Both the position numbers and the translations under genes were made by a program. This document shows, in pieces, positions 1 through 11,004 of a stretch of DNA of 64,000 bases (position 1 is the first letter of the stretch; every line of letters begins with the position of its first letter). The notes beneath the pieces were generated by a model. It was given only the letters and a program-made list of their open reading frames with translations. It was not told the DNA's origin and made no database searches. The DNA is from Chrysomallon squamiferum. Taxonomy: Eukaryota; Animalia; Mollusca. The stretch is from NCBI GenBank assembly GCA_012295275.1, contig CM022666.1, positions 4,898,001-4,962,000 on the forward strand, in the 5' to 3' direction.

Positions 1-87
1 AGTATAACTAATTAGTAATGGAAGATATATAAAAATAAATTTAAAAAGGTTAGATATACCAACATTACAGTTCACAAACAACCACAA

Positions 88-156
<69 letters not shown>

Positions 157-319
157 CCCCCACTGAAGACGTTAAAGAAAGATTCAAGTATGTATAATAT
201 AAATGTTTCACGATAATGTTAAAGTAAAAGAATCGTTTTATATATACAAGTCCATAGATACAGTGGGCGTACAGAAAATTAAATATGAACAGTTATAATT
301 GAGGCCTCTCGTAAAATGT

Positions 320-1065
320 TTACAGCATATACAGGCCAAAGTAGGTTGTCTCAGGATCGCTCAAAATTCTGTTCACAACTGATGTTCTCACCACTACAGT
401 GTCATTGGCTTTCAGGTAGTAAACAGCTCCAATGTAGGAAGGAACAAAACCTTCCTGGTATCTTCGTAATTTGCATGTTGTTTGAGGATTTCTGTAGAGA
501 ACTTCATAATTTGGATATATTTCAATTGAGTGACACAGCCTAGCGTATTCTAGCTCTCTCAGTTGGTTGGCATGGAATAAAACGTTGCTGTATATGAAGT
601 AGTAAGCAGCTTCTTTGACTTGAATCCCGTCAGCGACAACAGCCGCAGCTCCTTTCACAAACGATCTTTTACCAGACGACGTCCATTTGATGAAAGGCTT
701 TGGTGTGTCTGAAAAGTTTGTAAGAATAAATTATTTTTAAATAATATTTTTATTTTAAATTGTCAACAGTTGTAGTTAATATTACTAATATATTTATATA
801 ACTACTACAACCTCCTGCTATTAACTAGTTTAGTACCATCATTCATACTTTTACTACTAACGTGCTAATACTATTGTTATCACAATTTCTTCTATTATTT
901 CCTAACCACTACTAATAACTATGTGATTACTACTACAACTACTTTTACCAGACCAACTACTACTAATACTTTTACTACTTTACTATTACTACACATTTAT
1001 TACCAAATCACCTTTTATACAGAGTAAATTACTTGCTACTAATACTACTACTACTACTACTAACA

Positions 1066-1098
<33 letters not shown>

Positions 1099-2239
1099 GC
1101 TACTACTACTGCTACTACTACTTGTTTTCTTACTTTTGTCATATGTTGCATTTACTTCCATTTGTAGATGAGCCGTTGTCTTCACATTGTTTTTATTATT
1201 CAGATTGTAAGCGACCTCTCTGATCTGTTTAAGTTTCTGTTCTGAAATATATATATATATATATAGATACAGACACATGTAGACTACTGATACATGTATA
1301 AATATATAGATTCATACATACATACATAGATTCGTACACATTGTTTTTATTATCTAAATTCAAAAGATCAGCGACATCTCTGATCTGCTTAAGTTTTGGT
1401 TCTGAAACACACACACACACACACATATATAAATATACACTTGTACATGTTTACATACATAGACTGTACACAAATATGCACGTACATACAAATACATAAT
1501 TATAAAAACTTTTGTGGATATTTAAATATGTGTGCCTGAATGTTTCTGTTTGTGTGTGGGTCTTTTTCTGTATGTTTGTCTGTCTGTGTTTGTGTATGTA
1601 TGTGTTTATGACTTTTTGTGTGTGTGTGTGTTTCTGCGACTTTGTGTTTTTACGTATGTCTGTGTGTGTATATGTGTATGTTAACTTACCACTTTTCTCA
1701 GCTTTTGTATGACTTTCACTCAGTTTCTAAAAAGAATGTTAATAACCAATTTGAAACTAGTCCACAATAATCAGTTTTAAATTTATAAATATTTTTCAGC
1801 ACTATTAATTTCTCCTTTTCATAATTCAAATATTATTATTTCATTTATAATGAATTTAACTTTTTATTATTTTTATAAAGAATTTAACTCTTTCTTAATT
1901 TCATATCTACAGAAAAGATTTTTTTTTTTTTAATGTATTTATGGAATATAAGTTTTTAGAATTAAATACAGAATTTACCTTTTTCATAATTTCACTGATC
2001 ACTTTTTCTCCATCTCTGTAACAGCAATACATGGTATTGTTCCTGGTTCTGTTCGTAGATTTGTCATCACAACAGTTTTCTCCTGGTTTGCACGAGATTT
2101 TCACACACAGTTCCTTGTCAAACAACAAGTTGGTTTCTCTGTTCAGAAATTCGTTTAATGTTCCAGATACAATGACATTGATGAGTATCAAGTTTAGTAT
2201 CATAACAGAAATGGCAATGACTGGACGAACTGTTACCAT
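320..2239 (-). CDS. TNF superfamily ligand, copy 1 (4 coding exons, 264 aa)
   Basis: Exons 2239-1979, 1726-1690, 1241-1134, 708-320; GT-AG introns in phases 0,1,1; total 795 nt, open to TAA. Protein: MVTVRPVIAISVMILNLILINVIVSG...Cys-rich stalk...VKTTAHLQM...IKWTSSGKRSFVKG...GIQVKEAAYYFIYSNVLF...SYIGAVYYLKANDTVVV...TTYFGLYML. These match TNF homology domain hallmarks (AHL strand A, W, YxxYSxVxF, SxYxGAVxxL, TYFGL). ACAAAATG start context with an in-frame TAA 18 nt upstream. Confidence 0.92.
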
Positions 2240-2364
2240 TTTGTGTAACAACTTTTATTTCCTTTAGAAGTAGTCTGTAAAACATGACGAAAAGAAGAAA
2301 AAAATATTATTAGTAATAAATAATACCAAGATAAATACACACACACGCACACGTACACAGTCTC

Positions 2365-3200
2365 AATATGCACACACCTATACTGATTCTGCCACACTCG
2401 GAGTTACTCCCCCTACTCTCGTTATCTACAGAATCGCCAAACAAAGCCTCTGTTAAAATTTCTCTGGTTTGCTCTATCATGTTTGACTGGGCAGTTGAAA
2501 TGTTTGTTATGAATATTTACAATTCTAATAGCTCAGCCCTCTTGGCTCTTTTGATAAACGTTACACTAGGATTGTTCAATGTATCTTAATCCATAATAAT
2601 TTCTCCGTTTTGACTTATTTATTTTAATATCGTTATTACTTTGTTGTGTTGTGTTTTCTCAAGTGGATATAAATATAAATTAGCTGTCATTAAACTTAGA
2701 AAATACTCGATACATCTAAAGAAATAATTCCATAAGAATTTTAGAAAACGAGCCCCCAAATTAATTATTTGAAAAATCCCGGACGAGAGCCCCAACTTTT
2801 ATGTTCCTGTCACGTGGCTCACATCTTTAAACACCTTGTATGTTTTATTATGACTCAGTCTAGGGTAACAATGTGTTTTAATGGGCTCCTAACAAAGAAT
2901 ATAAACGCTAAATTGACAGCAGTCTCTATAAACCGATAAGTGTATCTACTCACTAGAGAAATAAACACAACAGTAGTTACGATTCACGTTAATTATTTAA
3001 TTATGATATACAGGTGACTTGATAATAATACATTAAACAATCATAAAATAGACGTTTAAGTAATTCTGATTAATGATACGAGTACGGTCATACGGGGAAA
3101 GAAGACAAAATATTGGTTTCCCCGCCTGACTGATATTTCGTCTTGACTGCTTACGTCTCTCTTTAATTACCTTTGAACCTGGAACCTTGAATAAAATTAA
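2365..3200 (-). mobile_element. Degenerate Gypsy-like LTR retrotransposon 5' end (LTR + tRNA-Pro PBS + gag fragment)
   Basis: Minus strand: AATAAA (~2849-2844), LTR-like end ...CACGTGACA (2808), then TGGGGCTCTCGTCCGGGAT (2794-2776), close to the tRNA-Pro PBS TGGGGGCTCGTCCGGGAT. A decayed frame follows (DTLNNPSVTFIKRAKRAELLEL*...EQTREILTEALF) that resembles Gypsy Gag N-termini. The LTR 5' boundary is uncertain. Confidence 0.65.
2851..2857 (+). promoter_or_regulatory. AP-1 site TGACTCA inside the LTR remnant, ~610 bp upstream of the TNF copy 1 ATG
   Basis: Exact motif, retained in all three LTR copies (~51779, ~53465); motif match only. Confidence 0.3.
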
Positions 3201-5672
3201 CGTGGTAATCAGAGCAAGCACGTCTACGACAGGCACGCTTTCTGACACGTCAGCAGTACTTTAATTACCGAATGAATGAATGAAAAAAAAAAATAACGTG
3301 CTAATCAGACCTAGCTGTTGTGAAGCACGTGTATAATTCAACCAGGCGTGTCGTCGCAAAAAGTGTTCGGTTCCAAATTTTACCAAAATGTTTTTTTTAA
3401 CAACGCCATGGAGTTGAAAAATTAGCGGAAAATAAAAAGGAGCGGATGTGATTGTAGCTCTGACTGAAGTAACAAATTTGAATTCCGTGACTTTCTTAAC
3501 CGCGATATTCAGTTTTTTCAAGTTGGTGTAATATCACATAATATTATACAAATGAAATAGTGAAATTGTAAATGAAATTATAATTCTATATAAATATATA
3601 TAACCTATGAAATAAGTGAAATTATAATTTTGTATAAATATATATAATCTATGAATTAAGTGAAATTATAATTTTATATAAATATATATAACCTATGAAA
3701 TAATTAAACATAAATTTTATAAATAAATATATAAGTAATATCTATGAAATGGAAAACAAAATAACGTGCTAATTCATCGCTTAAAAATAAAATGAAGGAC
3801 GTCTACGAAATAACTTTTAATTCAGAGATCTCTGACTGAATGAACGAATGAAATAAAATTTTATATCAGAGTAATATATATGCCACCGCCACATGAAATA
3901 AATTCGAAATTAATTATATTTTTTATAAATATATATAACCTAATGAATGAAACAAAATAACTTTTATATAAATCATATATAAATGTGAAATCAAGCACGT
4001 CTACGATGGGCATTTCTGATAAATATCTATAACCTGTGAAATGGAAAACAAAATAACGTGCTAATCAGAGTAAGCTGTTGTGAATCACGTCTACGACGGG
4101 CTCGCTTTCTGACAGGTCTCTGACAGGCGTCGTTGATTTTTATACTCGAAAGAAAAGATCGAATCGTATTGTCTACCTGCTCACGCGTTGTATTTTGATT
4201 GGCTAAGAGGAAGTGTCGTCTGCTTTCTTTGAATTTATTGGTTAATTTTTTTTCCCTTCTGTCGTATTTAATTATTTGCTGTATATTTCGTAGTCAACGT
4301 AATAAAATGAACAAAGCTATTAAATGTATAGTTTATGCGTAGTGTTCGTAAATAAATTACATATAACAGTTGTTATTGCTATAATAGTAATAGTTGTTGT
4401 TGTTGTATGTTATTATTATTACGACTGCTTTTGTCGTTATTGTTAAATAAAGAGTACAGCGTAACTTCTAGTCCTGTGTCAACTAAACCATAAACAACAA
4501 AAGGAAAACATGTAGTCTGTGTATCACACAGTGGAAAGTTCCAGCCCGGATTTGTCATCTTACACGTAATCGGAATAAATAAGTGTAGTCATCCATTTAT
4601 TATTACAGGGCCAGGAATATCAAATGTCTCAGAAATATCTCCCAGTGACAGAAGAATCTTCTGTTTGTAAATGTCACTTGTATCATGACTGTTGATTCGG
4701 TCTGCCGAATAAAAAAAAAAATAAATAAATAAATAAATGAGCGAAATAAAGTAAAAAATTAAATAAAAAAAAAAAAAAATGAAAATAATTATTTGAAATA
4801 AAACAAATAAGAATAAAAAAATTGTAAAAAGTAAAAAGTAAAATAAATAAATAAATAAAGTAAAATATGCTGAACTAAAATTTCAAAAAAAAAATAAATA
4901 AAAAAAAAATGTGATAAAAATAAAATAAAAACACAAAATGATAAAAGTAAAGTAAAATAAATAAATACAGAAAGATATATTAATATAAATTAATTAATTA
5001 AAACAATAAAATTAATGAAATCAAATTATAGTAAGATAAAATAAAATATATAAAGATAGAGTAAAATAAAAATAAAAATAAAGAAACAAACAAACCATAA
5101 ATAAATAAATAAATAATTGAAAAGAAGAAAAGAAAAGAAAACCGATATATTCTATGTGTCACATGGTGGACATTTATAAATAATCGGGATAAATATCTGA
5201 AGTCATCCATTTATTACTACAGGGCCAGGAATATGAAATGTCTCAGAAATATCTGCCAGTGACAGAAGAATCTTCCACTTGTAAACGTTACTTGTATCAT
5301 GACTGTTGATTCAGTGGCTGGAAAAAAGTCACAATTTTTATATAACAAAATATATGAATTTATAGAGTATTGAATGTGGCATCATAGTCTACATGGGGTA
5401 ATTGTTAAGCTTACTGATTAGGTCAATTACGTTAGATTAAAGAAAGAGGTTTCATACTGTGCAGGGGTGGTGACTTGTTACACTTATTAATTAGGCAGGA
5501 TTAAAGAAAGAGTCTTCATATTGTGCAGGGGTGATGCTTGGGTCCAGCTTACTGATTAGAATAGATTTAAACTAAGAGCTTCCTATTGTAAATGATTTAT
5601 AAAATGTTCCATGTTAAAATGTGTTTCACTATATATTCTCCAGCTTACTCTAGTATCAGAAGTATGTTTAAT

Positions 5673-5740
5673 ATGGAAGTTATTCATAGCAATAAGGGTG
5701 ATATCAAAATCTGTTATGAAGGGTTCGTGTATGCTGCGGC
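5673..5740 (+). mobile_element. FLYWCH/MULE transposase N-terminal remnant (4 copies)
   Basis: MEVIHSNKGDIKICYEGFVY resembles the start of FLYWCH zinc fingers in Mutator-like elements and is truncated immediately after. Repeated at ~17996, ~24960 and ~56243. Confidence 0.55.
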
Positions 5741-6431
5741 AGAATTTCTTCGTGATATCGAGTGGAACATCAGCCTAAACCATCAACATTAAAATCAAAG
5801 AACATTAACAAAATACTCTGACAAAATGTGTTTAATCTATCTTTCATTGCTAATGTATTTCATAATTAAAAATTGTAACTAGTTATGTATATGTTTGCTC
5901 TTCTGTATTAAACCCGTATGTGATTGTTGTGATCGATTACAATTATTCTATCCATCTATATTATTCTTTACTGCTATATTGAATACAGTTTTAAAAATGT
6001 CTTGTGTTTGTTGTGTTCTAGTGTACAATAAAGGGTGTATACATATATATGCTTTCTTATTAGATTTTGCATGTGTTCATACTTTTGTTTAATAGATATT
6101 ACCAGTGAAGGGTTTCTTTTTTATGTTTGTCAGGCTTTGAATACTCACAGATAATTTTAGCCTATTATTCTTTAGTACGAAGACACAAAGAACATTTTGT
6201 TGCTTCCTACGTTGGTGTTGACTACCTGAAAAGCTGTGACACTCTATAAACACATACAAATATATTACATACAATTTACAAATATAAAAAAATTGTTCAA
6301 TTAAATAAAAATGTTTATTATTATCTCAACTCTATTCTGTTGAAGTTGAGCAGCTTAGATTCACCACCTTACGCTTAAAACCATCATAATAACCGTTATT
6401 ATAATTAATTAATTAATTATTATTATTATTA

Positions 6432-6484
<53 letters not shown>

Positions 6485-6610
6485 TATTGATTTATTGACT
6501 GATTTATTTATTTATTTGTTTATTTATTATTGTTGTTGTTGTTGTTGCTAGTTAGTTATTTTGGTCCATATAAATAGAGATTATACATTTTTTTCAATTA
6601 AATTTGTTAA

Positions 6611-6668
<58 letters not shown>

Positions 6669-7389
6669 TATTTAAAATATGTTTGATACTCTAATAGGAT
6701 TCTTTGAATATTTGCCAGTGTTTTTAAATACAACATATTATCACTATGTTAAGCTTTGTTTTTTCCTCTCAAGAAGAGTTCCGAGAAGTAATAAATACTC
6801 ATTTTATTCCTCAACTGGGCTATAAATGGATGTTACGTCAGCCGAATTACTAATAGACGGATTCATAAAGTTTGAATACATTATTATTATTAAATAAATT
6901 TGTTGTTGTTGTTGTTGTTGTTACTTTTGTTGAAAATGAAAATGAACACAAATATCTTTTTAAAGTGAAATAAATAAATTAATTAAAAGAAAAAAGTCAT
7001 AAAATGAAATGAAATAAAAGAAATACAGTAAAATAAACTAATGAAAATAAACAAACAAACAAACAAATAATTAAATAAATCAATAAATAAATAAATAAAG
7101 TTTATAGCAGATATTCCCTCAATTCATGCATAAACTTATTCACCTTTTACGCTCAATTCATCGATAAATTATAAATATATAATAAAAAAAATATCCCGCT
7201 TTCCCGATCTTTTCTTTTTTACAAATTATATAAATAAAAATTTAATAGTTAGTTGCTCGAAATAAATGGTACAAACGGGTACAATGCATGTGTTTAAGTC
7301 AGTTTTTCATTCAGTCACGCGCTAAAGCTTCTCTCAGTCTCCCGATACCTAACTTAACGATCGCAAATTTGGAACCACTGTTAACTTAC

Positions 7390-7426
7390 CACATTTCTCA
7401 GTTTTTGTGTGACTTTCACTCAGTTT
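7390..7426 (-). pseudogene. Orphan TNF exon-2 copy (KLSESHTKTEKC)
   Basis: 37-nt exon with intact ttttag acceptor and GTAAGT donor and homologous intron flank; more degenerate copies at ~53150-53195 and ~58462-58505. Confidence 0.7.
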
Positions 7427-7809
7427 CTAAAAAGAATGTTAATAACCAGTTTGAAACTCGTCTATTATAATCAAGTTTAAATTTATAAATATTTTTCAAC
7501 ATAATGAATTTCTCCTTTTCATAATTTAAATATTATTAAACGCATATGGATATTTTTTCTTAATTTCGTTTGTAATGAACTTAACTATTTAATATTTTTA
7601 TATAGAATTTACCTATTTCTATATAAAACTTATTTTTTGTTGTTTTTCTTTTTAATGCATTTAATGTATTTATAAAACTGATACGTATCAAGATCAGTAC
7701 TTCATTTTCCTTTAGATACAGTCTGTGTCAAACATGATAAAAATGTTATTAATATCAAAATAAAAACAAACACATAAATAACATTCTTTCAAAAAATAAT
7801 AAATAAAAC

Positions 7810-7926
<117 letters not shown>

Positions 7927-8477
7927 AGCAACAGATACTATACAAACAACAGAATACTTTTTCAAACAATTAAAATAAGACTAGTGGAAAATAATTACAT
8001 ATCTTTTAGAAATATATATTGCCTTTTACTTTCTTTTCGTTAAGGAAATGATTTTTGTATTATGTGTTAGAGACAGCTGCACTTTAGAAGATAATAATAT
8101 TGAATTGAAAACAAACACAAAATTAAGTTTCCCATAAACTGGGTTTTTTTCCGATGACGCGTTGTCCTTCAAAGATCACATTTTGAATGACTGTGAGAAA
8201 ATATAACCTTATCGAGAGGATGACATGCTTAGAATCAAAAATGTAAAAACAAAATTAATAATTAAAAGTTGCACCATGTTCAAAATAAACTACGTGCATT
8301 TATTTCTGGTTGTTACTGTTGTAGTTCTTGTTATTATTAATATTAACATTGCTGTTGTCGTTCAGAGTTCAGGTGGAAAAACCCTCAAAAAACAACAATT
8401 AAAAAAACCGCCAAGAAAACAACAATAATAAACAAACAAAATTAAAAATACAATTAAGTCACACATTATTAGCGCAC

Positions 8478-8534
<57 letters not shown>

Positions 8535-8834
8535 GATCTATTTAAGAATTTTGCCCTGAGTTGTTTCTATGACAGAAACTAGACTACGTCAAGTACATGT
8601 AATGTATTCAATTACTCTTCAACAGTCTAATCCACAGATGTGCGTTGTTTTGGAGGACTGTCAAGTTAATGTAATAACTGGTGTCCAGGTGTTCACACAG
8701 TGATCTATTTAAGAATTTTGCCATCAGTTGTTTTTATGATAGAAACTAGACTACGTCAAGTACATGTGATGTAAATGATATGCAGTGTTTTGGAGGAGAG
8801 TCAAGTTAATGTAATAACTGGTGTCTGACCAAGA

Positions 8835-8848
8835 GTTGCCGACCCCTG
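8835..8848 (-). mobile_element. Isolated hAT/Charlie-like terminal repeat CAGGGGTCGGCAAC
   Basis: Matches a typical hAT TIR; recurs with its flanks at ~20612, ~35090, ~39288 and ~63900. No partner TIR identified. Confidence 0.35.
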
Positions 8849-9826
8849 AACAGTAGTAGCGTGAATGAAGCAGACAGAGAAATGATATCACACGTTAGAT
8901 AAACATTTGACAGACAGTGACGTCACGTTACCTGTTCATTTTTCCGGAACTTTCCAAACAGCTATTTATAAACACTGCACGGGTACTTTTAAGTATGTGA
9001 TATGAACATGGTTATATAACAGCAATATTTAACTTACTGTCTATAAAGTATACAAATTATCCTTCATAAAATAAAAATTAAATCATGTCACTGACTGGTG
9101 TATAAGTGAAAAATGAGTCGAAAAATATGTTCATTAATTTTACTTGATATTTCAAAAAGAAAAGAAGAAAAAGAAGAAAATGATAAATGCAGATCAAGAC
9201 ATTTGTACTAGATTTAAAGTAACTATCGAAGTAATAAAAATTATGAACATGTGACCAGAGGCAAACATACTAATTAAAATGATGATGCTGATGAAAAAAT
9301 TAATAAATTAGTAGAAGCATTAGCAGCAGCACTAATATAAATAGTAGGAGTAGTAGAAAGAATAATACTAGTAATCATGATTATATAGTAATAATATAGC
9401 AGTAGTAATAATGATGAAGATGATAGTGGTAATAAAGTTAATGATAATTATGATAGTCATAATAAAATTAATAATGATGATAGTGATAATAGTGATAATA
9501 AAATTAATAATCATAATCTTTACGATTCTGAAATGCTTCTAAAAACAAAATTCTTATTGTTATAAAACAAAAAAATGCTTTAAACAGATTGTTTATTATG
9601 AAAATTGTACATCAAATTTTAAATGTAACGTATATATAAACATTTATTACTCTGATCATTTCAATGCATGAGTACATACTGTATAAAGAAAATCCTTTTT
9701 ATCTGGATCATCCACTTAACTTGTATTATTCATTGTAAACTAATCAGTGAACTTTTAACTTTCATCAGTTAATTTATACAGAAAACCAGTAATATTTAAA
9801 TATTTATTCACTGAATACATCACACA

Positions 9827-9934
<108 letters not shown>

Positions 9935-10253
9935 ACTTCTATACTGAGCATCAAAAAGGGATGATACGAAGCAAGGCTGTTTTGATCTGAAGATTTAAAG
10001 AAAAAAGAAAGTTAATGTAATAATTGGTGTCGAAGTTTTCAGGTGACAGGCTGGACTAAATTCCTCGCGTACCCCTGAACTACAGCATGACTTCTGTTCA
10101 CGTGTTCGGTAAGTCACACTGACCGATATATAATAGTACTATCACGTGAGTGGAATTCTATATATTCAACATACTAGGTAAAAATAATTAAATTAGGTAA
10201 ACGTGAATTGTGATACATCTACAAAGTCATTTTATACACACGTACATACTATT

Positions 10254-10959
10254 ACACAGAGTTCTTTGTCAAACAACAAGTTGGTTTCTCTGTTCAGAAA
10301 TTGGTTTAATGTTACAGATACAATGAAACTGATGAGTATCAAGTTTAGTACCATAAGAGAAATAAATGGCAATGACAGCAAGAACTGATTTCATTTTGTG
10401 TAACAATTTTTAATTCCTTTAGAAGTAATCTGTAAAACACGACCAAAAGAAAAAAAATGTTATTAGTAATAAATAATAACAAGATAAATACACACACACA
10501 CGCACACGTACACAGACACAACACACACACACCTATATAAAACATTATTTCAGCAATCCAAAAATATACACTTGTACATACACACAAATATAAAAGTTTC
10601 AAACAATGGTTATATCAATAAATAAAATAATAAATATTACCAAGACAAACTCACACAAAATATACACACGTACATATAGTTCTATGTAATATTCTTACAA
10701 AGAAAAAAAAAGTAAAATAAATAATACCAAGATATATTTACATTGACAATGATCCTATGCGATGTCAAAAAAAAGAAGAAAAAAAGCAAAGGTTTCTCTA
10801 TTGAAAATGCCAAGTTTGATTTATCAAATTTCACGGATGCTTAGTAAACCACTGTATACAAATACTCACCACTGAAATCCAATATGACAGCACAGCGATG
10901 TGTACTGGAACAGATAATCCTCCTGATGAAAACCTTGCTATCTGATACCACGAAATTTG

Positions 10960-10960
<1 letters not shown>
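10254..10960 (-). pseudogene. Truncated, frameshifted TNF ligand copy (5'UTR exon remnant plus 5' half of coding exon 1)
   Basis: ATG at 10394 (MKSVLAVIAI), then a 4-nt TATT duplication shifts the frame; homology ends at ~10254 before most of the Cys-rich part. An isolated exon-2 homolog lies at 7426-7390. Confidence 0.82.

Positions 10961-11004
<44 letters not shown>

Noticed and set aside
316-543. Plus-strand ORFs overlapping TNF exons (316-543, 2031-2267, 31554-31736, 33259-33486, 51002-51244)
   Set aside because: Antisense shadows of the real minus-strand exons; conserved only because the exons are.
320-708. Assigning a vertebrate symbol (TNFSF10, FASLG, TNFSF15) or eiger
   Set aside because: Only family-level motifs are recognisable; orthology cannot be established from the sequence alone.
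1060-1133. Poly-Ser tail in ORFs 1060-1278 and 49983-50255
   Set aside because: Intronic (TAG)n/(AGT)n read-through beyond the GTAAGA donor at 1133/50110.
2776-2794. tRNA-Pro gene
   Set aside because: Only the complement of the tRNA 3' end (about 18 nt) is present, i.e. a primer-binding site, with no cloverleaf.
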